This document shows, piece after piece, positions 7,139 through 16,103 of a stretch of DNA of 56,929 nucleotides. The translations under genes were made by a program, and so were the position numbers. Source of the DNA: an uncultured Candidatus Saccharibacteria bacterium (GTDB lineage Bacteria > Patescibacteriota > Minisyncoccia > Phycocordibacterales > UBA12079); the NCBI GenBank assembly GCA_964459145.1, contig CAYWKC010000002.1:1-56929 (forward strand), given 5' to 3'. Positions within the stretch are counted from its first letter, which is position 1, and each line of letters starts with the position of its first letter. The notes beneath the pieces were generated by a model. That model ran no database searches. It was given only the letters and a program-made list of their open reading frames with translations, and had not been told where the DNA came from.

Positions 7139-10100
7139 CTACTTCGTATACCTTATATATAAAATGGGAATGAGAACCAAAGTGACCACAGTAGCAAAAG
7201 ACAAGCCAAAGATAATGGCATAAGATAAAGGAGCCCACATGGCTGAAGCAAATAGCAAGGGAATCATTCCAATTACTGTAGTAATGGTAGTCAAAAGAAT
7301 TGGACGCAAACGAATAAGAGAAGAATCAACCACAATTTCCTCTATTGATTTTTCAGGATTTTCTTTCCTCATTACATTCATTGTATCAATCAAAATAATT
7401 GCGTTGTTTACCACAATCCCCGCCAAGGCAATTACTCCAATAAAAGAAGGAAATGAAAAAGAGTTACCTGTAATGGTTAAACCTACTAAAACTCCAATTA
7501 AGGATAGCAATACCCCCACAACAATAAAGAAAGTCTGACGATAAGAATTAAATTGTAATATCAAGACCACAATAACCAATAAAAGCCCGGCGATTAAAGC
7601 AACCAACATCTCAGTAAAAGTTTTTGTGATATCTTCATTTTCTCCACCTGTTTTTAAAATAACCCCTTGTGGCAAAACCAAACTTCCATCTTTTATTTTG
7701 GATTGAAACTCTTGATTAATCTGAACAGCATTTCCTCCCTGACTCAAATTGCTAGAAACAGTGGCAATTCTTTCACCCCCTTCGTGGCTAATAAAAGCGT
7801 TACTTTTTTCCATTGAAACTTTAATCAGCGAGCCCAACAAAATAGAACCCTTGGGAACACTAATTTCTATTTGACGAATAGAATCTATAGTAGTCACTGA
7901 ACTTAAGTCGGGGTTAACATCTTTTGTATTAAGATTTAACTTTACCGAAACATCAATATCTTCTCCCCCTGTCTTAATAGTAGTAGCGGTGACACCATGA
8001 ACAGCCGTCCTTAAAACTTGAGCCACATTAACGGGAGTTAAACCAAATTCTGATAATTTAGAACGGTTAATTCCAAGAACAAATTCTGTGGTGTTGCTAT
8101 TCATACTATTAGACACATCAACCGTTCCAGAAATTTTCTTTAAAATATCGCCAGCTTGTGTAACCACTCTCTCCAAATCATCTAAGTCATCTCCAAAAAA
8201 TTTAAGGGAAATCGCACTACCTGATGGTGGACCGCTACTAGATTGTTCTACTGTTATTTTAGCTGTTTTTATAACTACCAATTGCTTTCTTAATAAATCA
8301 ACAATTTCTTCACTGGTCTGACTCCTTTTATCTCTCAAAAGAATTGTTATATTCCCTAATTTTTCACCTCCACTACTACCCGAATAACTGAAAGCATTGG
8401 AAGAACCAGTGGTCGTCACAAAAGATTCAATATAAGGTTGGTCATAAAGAATTTCTTCCACTGCTCGCATAGTTAAATCAGTCTCACTCAAAATTGTCCC
8501 TTGCTGTCTTTCCACATCAAGATAAATAAAGTCCAAATCTTCACTAGGAAACAGAGTGGTTTTAAGTAAACCCGATAAAGGTAAGGCCAAAGACAACAAT
8601 AAAGCTCCTGCCATAGACAATAAGAAAATTTTCTGAATTTTTTTGTTTGTAATAATTTTATTTAATTTAATTTTGTACCATCCTTGGAGCAAAGAAATAT
8701 ATTTTGTCTGAATTTTTAAAAGTTTTCCGTTACTATTTCCATTCTTTTTGAGAACAGACATTGCCAATAAGGGCACGATTCCTAAGGCCACAAACAAAGA
8801 AGCCAACAAAACAAAAATAAGAGTATAAGGAATCCCAGCAATAAATTCACCAATGATGCCTGATAAGAAAAACAAAGGGAAAAAAGCAGCAATGGTTGTC
8901 ATCGTCCCTGAAGTCAAAGAAGCATAAAATTCTTTAATCACAGCCAGGGCCGATTCCATACCAGACATCCCTCGTTTAATTTTTGTATGCATCGCTTCAG
9001 TCACTACAATAGCTGAGTCCACTAAAATACCTACGGCTAAAATCAAAGCAAACAAACTAATAAAATTAATGGTATTACCGGTGATATAGAGGCCCGCAAA
9101 AGCAATTAGAAAAGAAAAAGGGATAGCTAAACCAGCAATTAACGCTTCCCTCCAACCGATAGCTAAAAATAAAACCAACACCACCAAGAAAACCGTCATG
9201 AGACCTGATTGAGAAAGATTTCTGAGATCATCTTTTAAATATTTAGACATATCAACAGAAACCAAAACATCGGCCCCCTCTAAAATACCCCCATTTTGCA
9301 ATTCAGCTAACTTATTTTTAACCGCATCAGCCACTTGCGTAATATCACCCCCTCTTCTTTTAAAAACAGATAACGATACCGATTGCTGAGATGGTTCGCC
9401 ATTTAGACTTATCCTTGAAAAAGAAGAACTTTGGCTTACTCCATCCGATACAAAGGCAACATCTCTGACATAAACAACATTTCCTCCAACATTAGAAACA
9501 ACAATATCTTTAATCTCAGAAGGGTTCACAATATCACCCTTAAATTGAAGGGGGTATTTTATTTCCTGCACTTCTATTTCACCAGCTGGAATAGCACTAT
9601 TGGCTTGAGAAATAGCCGAAACAACATTAGAAATATTTAATTTAAACTTAGATAAGGAAGAGGGGTCAACCAACACTCGCACTTCCCTCTCTGGAATTCC
9701 GCTTTTAGATATTTTTGAAACACCATTAACTGTTTTCAATTCATCTTCAACCTTCTTGGTTAATTCAATAAATTTAGTAACGGGTAATTCACTTGAAATG
9801 GACAGCATCAAAACAGGTTGGTCAGCAAAATTTATTTCAGACACAATCGGATCTTCTGCCTCCGTAGGTAAATTTGATTTAACTTTATCCACTTCATCTT
9901 TAACTTTTTGAATAGAAGAAGAAATATCAGCTTTAGCATTAAACTCAACCACCACAGACGAGATACCTTGTCCCGATGTAGAAGTTACCGTATCAACTGC
10001 CTCTAAATTATTTAAAAGTTGATTTTCAATTTTATCTGTAATTAATTTTTCCGTATCAACTGCCGAAGCCCCCGGTAAAATAGTTGTTACGATAGCGATG

Positions 10101-10231
10101 GGAATTTGAATTTCAGGAGTAGATTCTTTTGTTATAGCAAATAGAGAAAACAAACCAGCCGAAATTAACCCTGCCATCAACAAAATTGTAAAACTTCTTC
10201 TTTTAATGAAAAAAATCCAAAATCTTTGCAT
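7139..10231 (-). CDS. RND-family efflux transporter permease (AcrB/HAE-like), 1030 aa
   Basis: 12-TM architecture with two large extracytoplasmic loops. Typical RND blocks are present (ALILAVGILVDSAIVVTE; GVIALAGIVVNNAIILID). Confidence 0.9.
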   Translation of the reverse strand: MQRFWIFFIKRRSFTILLMAGLISAGLFSLFAITKESTPEIQIPIAIVTTILPGASAVDTEKLITDKIENQLLNNLEAVDTVTSTSGQGISSVVVEFNAKADISSSIQKVKDEVDKVKSNLPTEAEDPIVSEINFADQPVLMLSISSELPVTKFIELTKKVEDELKTVNGVSKISKSGIPEREVRVLVDPSSLSKFKLNISNVVSAISQANSAIPAGEIEVQEIKYPLQFKGDIVNPSEIKDIVVSNVGGNVVYVRDVAFVSDGVSQSSSFSRISLNGEPSQQSVSLSVFKRRGGDITQVADAVKNKLAELQNGGILEGADVLVSVDMSKYLKDDLRNLSQSGLMTVFLVVLVLFLAIGWREALIAGLAIPFSFLIAFAGLYITGNTINFISLFALILAVGILVDSAIVVTEAMHTKIKRGMSGMESALAVIKEFYASLTSGTMTTIAAFFPLFFLSGIIGEFIAGIPYTLIFVLLASLFVALGIVPLLAMSVLKKNGNSNGKLLKIQTKYISLLQGWYKIKLNKIITNKKIQKIFLLSMAGALLLSLALPLSGLLKTTLFPSEDLDFIYLDVERQQGTILSETDLTMRAVEEILYDQPYIESFVTTTGSSNAFSYSGSSGGEKLGNITILLRDKRSQTSEEIVDLLRKQLVVIKTAKITVEQSSSGPPSGSAISLKFFGDDLDDLERVVTQAGDILKKISGTVDVSNSMNSNTTEFVLGINRSKLSEFGLTPVNVAQVLRTAVHGVTATTIKTGGEDIDVSVKLNLNTKDVNPDLSSVTTIDSIRQIEISVPKGSILLGSLIKVSMEKSNAFISHEGGERIATVSSNLSQGGNAVQINQEFQSKIKDGSLVLPQGVILKTGGENEDITKTFTEMLVALIAGLLLVIVVLILQFNSYRQTFFIVVGVLLSLIGVLVGLTITGNSFSFPSFIGVIALAGIVVNNAIILIDTMNVMRKENPEKSIEEIVVDSSLIRLRPILLTTITTVIGMIPLLFASAMWAPLSYAIIFGLSFATVVTLVLIPILYIRYTK

Positions 10232-10281
10232 AATATTTTTCTTATGAACAAAGCGAATTAGAAAAATATTACCCTGTTAAA

Positions 10282-10333
10282 TTGAATTTCTGTGAAATTC
10301 AAACCATTTAATTTTTTGTTAAAAAATTAAATG
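10282..10333 (-). other. Two adjacent perfect AT-rich hairpins in the adaptor-RND intercistronic spacer
   Basis: TTGAATTTC-TGT-GAAATTCAA (10282-10302) and CATTTAATTTTTT-GTT-AAAAAATTAAATG (10305-10333). Confidence 0.4.
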
Positions 10334-10372
10334 ATATTTAACATGGATCACCTAACCCACTTTGTGTATAAA

Positions 10373-12013
10373 TTACTTGACTACTTCCACTGCTTGCCCT
10401 TCTTGCAATCCTCTAGCATCCGTTATAATTTTCATATCAACACTGACTCCTTCTGAAATTATAATCTTTCCTCCAAGAATTGAACCCAACACCACAGGAT
10501 GTGCTACCAACTTGTTTTCTCTGTCAATTGTATAAACAACAGTTCTATCAGCTCCAATTTTAATAGCTGAAATTGGCACCGAAAAATCGACAATGACTTG
10601 GCCTTCTGATGAAGACCTTTGCAACAATAAAGACACTGATTGCCCATTGGTTAGAGAGATTTCTGAATCAGCCACACTAATTTCAACTTTTATTTTTTTA
10701 GTTTGAGGATCAAGAGAAGGGGCTATATTTTTAATTACCCCCTGCCAATTGGAACCAATGGCAACTGTTGAACCAACTTTTATGTCATTTCTATCTTCCT
10801 CGGTAATATAAGTAATTATTTCTAAAGTTTTATTATTAGCTAAAGTAACCACTGGAATAAAAGCAGAAACAAAGTCCCCTGACTCTAATTCAAGAGAGTT
10901 AATAGTCCCACTAATGGGAGCCCTAATGATAGTTTTTTCTAAACTGGCGTAAGCTGATTGTAAACCCGCTTCGGCCTGTTTTAATTGAGCTTCAGCAATA
11001 ATAACATCTTCACTCCTTCCTCCCGCTTCAGCTTGATCATAATTTAATTGAGCAATTTCTAAAGCTGATTCAGTATTATTCAAACCACTCTTCGTGGCAG
11101 AAAGAGTACTAACAGCTAAATTAATAGTTGTCCTAACTAAACTAATATTAGCTTTCCAAGTATTAATAGTTGTTTCAGATAAATTAGAATTAGGAGCTAA
11201 AGCATTAACAGCTAAAGCTAAATTATTGAGAAAAATTCTAATTGAATCAACATCACTACTGGCTTTGTCTAATTTTTCAATTAAATCACTACCCGCACTT
11301 AAGGTATCTAATTCTACATCCCAATTGTCTAACATTTTTTCAATAAGGAATCTCCCCCATTCAATATCAATTTCCAATTGTGAACTATACACCGAAAATA
11401 ACACTTGTGGATTATCCTCACGAGGATTTCTAAACATAATGTCTATTTTATTTCTCACAGAATCATCTATTTTAACAAAAGTATCATTTAACACATTGAT
11501 TGCTGAGATTTTAGTTTCGTTTAAGGTTTTTTGGGAATTATCTAAAGTGGTTTTTAAAATGGAAAGTTGTTCATCCCTCCCCCCCTTCTTTATTTTATCC
11601 AAACTGGCTTGAGCCACCTCTACATTAGCTTTAGCTTGAGTAACAGCTGACCTTTGCGACCAATTATTTATTTCTGCAATAACTTGGTCAACATAAACAA
11701 AATCGCCTAATTTTTTATACAAACCAATCACTTCACCTGACGTTTGAGAATAAATAGTCGCCGAAGATTGAGATTGAACTTCTCCCAACAGTGGCAAAGG
11801 GTCATTATTCAAAGATAAATCCCGAATTGACATTACACTGACTTGTCTAATATCTGAATCAATTCCATCCACGACGGTGCCTTGAATAATTATCAATTGT
11901 TGATAAAAAACAACAACTAAAATAGCGAAAATAAGCAAAATTAAAATCTTTTGGTTACGACGCAATTCTTTAATTTTAGTCATTTTATTTTGTAGGGTCT
12001 TTAAATTTAACAT
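10373..12013 (-). CDS. RND/ABC efflux periplasmic adaptor (membrane-fusion protein, HlyD-like) with an unusually long coiled-coil insert
   Basis: N-terminal TM anchor, a lipoyl-like half (SGEVIGLYKKLGDFVYVDQVIAEI ... APISGTINSLELESGDFV) and about 230 aa of helical repeats between the halves. Confidence 0.8.
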   Translation of the reverse strand: MLNLKTLQNKMTKIKELRRNQKILILLIFAILVVVFYQQLIIIQGTVVDGIDSDIRQVSVMSIRDLSLNNDPLPLLGEVQSQSSATIYSQTSGEVIGLYKKLGDFVYVDQVIAEINNWSQRSAVTQAKANVEVAQASLDKIKKGGRDEQLSILKTTLDNSQKTLNETKISAINVLNDTFVKIDDSVRNKIDIMFRNPREDNPQVLFSVYSSQLEIDIEWGRFLIEKMLDNWDVELDTLSAGSDLIEKLDKASSDVDSIRIFLNNLALAVNALAPNSNLSETTINTWKANISLVRTTINLAVSTLSATKSGLNNTESALEIAQLNYDQAEAGGRSEDVIIAEAQLKQAEAGLQSAYASLEKTIIRAPISGTINSLELESGDFVSAFIPVVTLANNKTLEIITYITEEDRNDIKVGSTVAIGSNWQGVIKNIAPSLDPQTKKIKVEISVADSEISLTNGQSVSLLLQRSSSEGQVIVDFSVPISAIKIGADRTVVYTIDRENKLVAHPVVLGSILGGKIIISEGVSVDMKIITDARGLQEGQAVEVVK

Positions 12014-12202
12014 ATTTTTCTTTAGGCGAACATCTTTGATGTTTTAGCCCCTAGTAAACTTCTTAAAATCACTGGAGCATTATAGCAAAAATAACCAAAA
12101 AAGACAGGTTTTTCGTTTTTCTTTATTTTTAAATAATTTATAGATTTTCTCCTTTAAAATGGTAAAATACCCATCAAGAGTAACTATCTCTATAACAAAT
12201 AA

Positions 12203-12805
12203 GTGATAATGGGAACTTTTCTTAAAACAACAGCTAAAAAAATTTATTGTTCTTCTCCTCTAAACTTCTTTAGATGGTTTTTTTCTTCCTTAAAGATAAA
12301 AACCTGTCACAAACTATTTAAAAATAAAGAGAAACTAAAATTGCATCTTGGTTGCGGAGGAAGGTATTTCGCAGGATACAAAAATATTGATATTCGAAAA
12401 ACAAGAACCACTGATTTGGTTTGCGACATAAAGAAACTCCCTTATCCCAATAATTCAGTGAAATTAATTGAAACCTACCACACGATTGAACATCTTCCCA
12501 AACACGATTTACCTAAAGCTCTCAAAGAATGGGAAAGAATTTTAATTTCTGGAGGAAAATTAATTATTGAATGCCCAAATTTTGATGAAGTCGTCCGAGA
12601 ATATTTAGAAGGAAACGAACAAAGGATAAATAATATTTTTGGTTTGCAAAGATTTCGAGGAGATATTCATTTGTTCGGCTATAACTTTGACAGTTTAAAA
12701 AAACTTTTAGAAGAAGCCAATTTTATAGCCATTCAAAACAAAGAACCACAAGATTCACATAAAACAAAAGAACCTTGTCTGAGAGTTGAATGCAAAAAAA
12801 GATAA
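12203..12805 (+). CDS. Class I SAM-dependent methyltransferase
   Basis: LHLGCGG motif I, HTIEHL, GGKLIIECPN. The tracked start is GTG 12203; ATG 12209 is equally possible. Confidence 0.7.
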   Translation: MIMGTFLKTTAKKIYCSSPLNFFRWFFSSLKIKTCHKLFKNKEKLKLHLGCGGRYFAGYKNIDIRKTRTTDLVCDIKKLPYPNNSVKLIETYHTIEHLPKHDLPKALKEWERILISGGKLIIECPNFDEVVREYLEGNEQRINNIFGLQRFRGDIHLFGYNFDSLKKLLEEANFIAIQNKEPQDSHKTKEPCLRVECKKR

Positions 12806-12848
12806 GAAAAACCATAGATTTTTTACGAAAAAATGCTAAAATTATTTT

Positions 12849-13229
12849 ATGAAAGATTATGACAATTGGAATAAAAAGAAAAAAGAAGCAAACGAAGAAA
12901 TTCCTAGGCTATATACTGTGCGAGAAATATGGTGGTGTCGTTTTGGTGTTAACATAGGATTTGAACAGGACGGAAATGGAAAAGATTTTTTAAGACCCGC
13001 TGTTATAGTGCGTTCATTTGGCGCCAATATATGCTTAGTGATACCGTTAACAACGTCAAAACAGAAACATCCTTTACGCATAACTATTGGGAAGATTCAA
13101 GGAGAAAATGCAAGTGTGATACTTTCACAACTAAGAATATTTGACACCCGACGTCTTGTTGAAAAAATGGGGTTTCTTGATAAAAATAAATTCAATGAAT
13201 TAAGAAAAGCCGTTAGAAATTTATTCTAA
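12849..13229 (+). CDS. PemK/MazF-family endoribonuclease toxin with a lysine-rich N-terminal extension
   Basis: Alignable by eye to EndoA/MazF: REIWWCRFGVNIGFEQDGNGKDFLRPAVIV / VIPLTTSKQ / SVILSQLRIFDTRRL. Confidence 0.8.
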   Translation: MKDYDNWNKKKKEANEEIPRLYTVREIWWCRFGVNIGFEQDGNGKDFLRPAVIVRSFGANICLVIPLTTSKQKHPLRITIGKIQGENASVILSQLRIFDTRRLVEKMGFLDKNKFNELRKAVRNLF

Positions 13230-13238
13230 CGGCTTTTC
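13209..13238 (+). terminator. Rho-independent terminator overlapping the MazF-like stop codon
   Basis: GCCGTTAGAA-ATTTA-TTCTAACGGC (perfect 10-bp stem) followed by TTTTC. Confidence 0.7.
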
Positions 13239-13339
13239 TAAATCTTATCTCCTCCTTGCGGAGGTAAGGCCGAAGCCACTTGTACTTATATACTAACAAA
13301 GCCCAAAAAAAAGTCAACCCTACTATTCTTATAATTAGT

Positions 13340-13717
13340 ATGTCCAACCCAACAATAAATGAAAAAGTTATATATCCTGAATTATCCTACAAAATTACAG
13401 GTATTCTTTTTGCTGTCCATAATGAACTAGGTCAATATGCAAGAGAAAAACAATATGGTGATTTATTGGAAGAAAAGTTAAAAGAGACAAAATTACCTTA
13501 TAAAAGAGAGCTGATAGTCTCTAACTCTGGAAATATCTTAGATATTGTCATTAACAATCAAATAGTTCTAGAACTCAAAACAGTCAGAATAATCACAAAA
13601 GATAACTATCGACAAATACAGAACTATCTTCAAACAACTGGTATTAAATTGGGATTACTAGTGAATTTTAGAAGTAAATATTTAAAACCAATCCGCATAA
13701 TCCGTGTTGATTCATAA
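13340..13717 (+). CDS. GxxExxY-family protein (PD-(D/E)XK nuclease fold)
   Basis: ILFAVHNELGQYAREKQYGDLLEEKL and ILDIVINNQIVLELKTV...IQNYLQTTGIKLGLLVNF match the family pattern. Start moved to ATG 13340 (M21 of the tracked ORF). Confidence 0.75.
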   Translation: MSNPTINEKVIYPELSYKITGILFAVHNELGQYAREKQYGDLLEEKLKETKLPYKRELIVSNSGNILDIVINNQIVLELKTVRIITKDNYRQIQNYLQTTGIKLGLLVNFRSKYLKPIRIIRVDS

Positions 13718-13741
13718 AGATTTATAGAGTATTATTAATAT

Positions 13742-13824
13742 ATTCGTAAATATTCGCATTGTTCATAGGGATCATTCGTATATTCGTATGTATATCTATA
13801 TTTGTGTCATTCGCATTATTCGTA
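13742..13824 (+). promoter_or_regulatory. Six direct copies of YATTCGYA arranged as three close pairs, immediately upstream of the Wzt-like start
   Basis: ATTCGTA or ATTCGCA at 13742, 13752, 13774, 13782, 13809 and 13818. Within-pair spacing is 10, 8 and 9 bp. The start codon is at 13832. Confidence 0.5.
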
Positions 13825-13831
13825 TATTTGT

Positions 13832-15106
13832 ATGTCAAACTCACCCATTATTTCAGTTAAAAACATTTCCAAAAAATACAATATTACCCACCAGCAAGGT
13901 GGTTATGTTGCCATACGAGATGTTATGGCTAATATCGCCAAAAAACCCTTTTCTTTTCTTAAAAAGAAAGTCAGAAAGATGACGGGGAGAGAAACCAAAG
14001 AAGAGTTCTGGGCTTTAAAAGATATTAATTTTGAAATCCACCAAGGTGAGGCGGTGGGAATTATCGGGGCCAATGGAGCTGGAAAATCAACCCTCTTAAA
14101 AATCCTCACTGGCATTACTCCCCCTACCACTGGAAAAATTAAAATGCATGGCAAGGTCGCTTCCCTTTTGGAAGTTGGGACTGGCTTTCACGGAGAATTA
14201 ACTGGACGTGAAAATATTTTTTTGAATGGAGCTATTTTAGGGATGACCAAGAATGAAATCGCAAAAAAATTTGATGCTATTGTGGAATTTTCTGGTGTAG
14301 AAAAATTTATAGATACACCAGTTAAAAGATATTCTTCTGGGATGTTAGTCCGCCTTGGTTTTTCTGTCGCTGCCCATATGGAACCTGATATTCTTCTGGT
14401 AGATGAAGTTTTAGCTGTTGGAGACGCTGATTTCCAAAAAAAATGTCTTGGCAAAATGGACGAGGTCACCCACGAAGGTGGCCGAACTATTCTCTTCGTC
14501 AGCCACAATATGGATGCCATCCAAAAACTTTGTAAAAAAACTATCCTCCTCAAAGACGGCCAGATTGAAATGGTTGGAGAAACTAAAAATGTAATTAGTA
14601 GATATTTGAACAACAAAAAAGAACTAACTAATACATCTTTGCAAGACCGAACTGACCGAAGAGGAACCGGTAAAGTTATTTTTACAAATTGTGAAATTTT
14701 ATTATCAGACTCAAAAAAAATTAAATTACAAATAAGTTATTTAAATAAAACTAACAAAGAATATAAAAATATAAAAGTATCAGTTGACATCATAGATAGC
14801 AACGACTTAAGTTTAAGTAATCTAACAAATAATACTTTAAATCAGAAAATCGACTTAAATAAAGAATTAGGAACAATTGGTCTAGAAATAAATAATATAA
14901 ATCTAACAAGTGGGCAATATTACATATCTTTATTTTTAGCAATGGATGAATCAAATTCTGAAATATTTGATTGGGTTTCAAAAGCAACAAAAATAACAAT
15001 AAACAACAATAATTTTTATAAGACAAATAAACTACCTCCAATAAAAAGTCCTGTTTTATTAAATTTTAAGTATGGAATGGAAACAAAAATCTCTAAAATA
15101 CTATGA
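13832..15106 (+). CDS. Polysaccharide/teichoic-acid export ABC ATPase (Wzt/TagH-like) with a C-terminal extension of about 170 aa
   Basis: Walker A GANGAGKST, signature YSSGM, Walker B ILLVDEVLAVGD. Start set to ATG 13832 (MSNSPIISVKNISKKY); the upstream extension only translates the repeat array. Confidence 0.9.
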   Translation: MSNSPIISVKNISKKYNITHQQGGYVAIRDVMANIAKKPFSFLKKKVRKMTGRETKEEFWALKDINFEIHQGEAVGIIGANGAGKSTLLKILTGITPPTTGKIKMHGKVASLLEVGTGFHGELTGRENIFLNGAILGMTKNEIAKKFDAIVEFSGVEKFIDTPVKRYSSGMLVRLGFSVAAHMEPDILLVDEVLAVGDADFQKKCLGKMDEVTHEGGRTILFVSHNMDAIQKLCKKTILLKDGQIEMVGETKNVISRYLNNKKELTNTSLQDRTDRRGTGKVIFTNCEILLSDSKKIKLQISYLNKTNKEYKNIKVSVDIIDSNDLSLSNLTNNTLNQKIDLNKELGTIGLEINNINLTSGQYYISLFLAMDESNSEIFDWVSKATKITINNNNFYKTNKLPPIKSPVLLNFKYGMETKISKIL

Positions 15107-16101
15107 AAGATAAAGCACAAACTAGAAATAAACAACTAAATACCCCCATTCTTTTTATGATTTTTAATAGGCCCGAGATAACCCAACAAGTTTTTAGAGA
15201 AATTAAAAAAGCCAAACCTAAACAACTTTTCATAGCTGCCGACGGGCCAAAGACAAACCAACCTAAGGAAATAAAGTTATGTCTTGAAACAAGAAAAATA
15301 AAAGAAGAGATTGACTGGTCTTGTGAAGTTAAAATTTTATTCAGAGATAAAAATCTAGGTTGTAAAATTGCTGTCAGCTCAGCCATTAACTGGTTTTTCG
15401 AAAATGTAGAACAAGGCATAATCTTAGAAGATGATTGTCTTCCCTCCCAATCTTTTTTTTGGTTTTGCGAAGAATTACTTAAAAAATATAAAGACAATCA
15501 AAAAATAATGCACATAGCAGGGATGACTTATGTCGAAAAAACAAACAATACAAAAAATTACAGTTACCACTTCGCTAGAATAGGTGGTATTTGGGGCTGG
15601 GCAACCTGGAGAAGAGCTTGGAAATTATATGAACCAGAAATGGAAAGTTTTCCTCAAGTTAAAAAAGAAAGGATATTTGATGATTTGTTTATTGGAGAAA
15701 ATAAACTTAAAAAAATATATCTGAGTTGGTTTAATAAGGCATATAAAAATACACACACATGGGACTATCAATGGACATACACAAAAATAATTAATAATTC
15801 CATAAATATAATGCCAGCTAAAAATTTAGTTAGAAATATTGGTTTGGGTGTAACTGGAGCAACCCACACAATTGAACAATCGAAGAGATATTCACAAATG
15901 GAATTAAATGAGTTAAAATTCCCCCTAATACACCCAAAATTTATCGTGATTGATAGAAAATTTAATTATGCTAATTTTAAATATACCACTAAGAAAACAT
16001 CACGAAGTGTATTTATTGATTATTCAAAAAGGATAACTTATTATATTTCTCCGATTTTACCAAAATGGTTAAGAAAAATTTTAAAAAATATAAAAAAGTA
16101 A
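15103..16101 (+). CDS. GT-A-fold glycosyltransferase, GnT-I/HlpA-like (paralogue of 29964-30947)
   Basis: NTPILFMIFNRPEITQQVF...LFIAADGP...ILEDDCLP (EDD acidic motif)...GIWGWATWRRAW. Confidence 0.6.
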   Translation: MKDKAQTRNKQLNTPILFMIFNRPEITQQVFREIKKAKPKQLFIAADGPKTNQPKEIKLCLETRKIKEEIDWSCEVKILFRDKNLGCKIAVSSAINWFFENVEQGIILEDDCLPSQSFFWFCEELLKKYKDNQKIMHIAGMTYVEKTNNTKNYSYHFARIGGIWGWATWRRAWKLYEPEMESFPQVKKERIFDDLFIGENKLKKIYLSWFNKAYKNTHTWDYQWTYTKIINNSINIMPAKNLVRNIGLGVTGATHTIEQSKRYSQMELNELKFPLIHPKFIVIDRKFNYANFKYTTKKTSRSVFIDYSKRITYYISPILPKWLRKILKNIKK

Positions 16102-16103
16102 TT

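Noticed and set aside
11094-11612. 172-aa plus-strand ORF
   Set aside because: Lies entirely inside the adaptor (MFP) gene on the opposite strand. It is serine/leucine-rich shadow translation of a coiled-coil coding region.
13689-13831. Could the ATTCGYA array be a CRISPR or a tandem satellite?
   Set aside because: The units are only 7-8 bp with irregular 8-27 bp spacing. There are no spacer-sized unique segments and no cas genes. It fits a protein-binding array better.
13788-13982. ORF 13788-13982, and the 13802 start of the Wzt-like ORF
   Set aside because: The upstream residues (MCHSHYSYIC / IRIIRIF) merely translate the YATTCGYA repeat array. ATG 13832 gives the canonical ABC N-terminus.
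14188-15497. Minus-strand ORFs 14188-14616, 14790-15041 and 15093-15497
   Set aside because: Shadows of the Wzt-like and GnT-I-like genes, which have unambiguous motifs on the plus strand.
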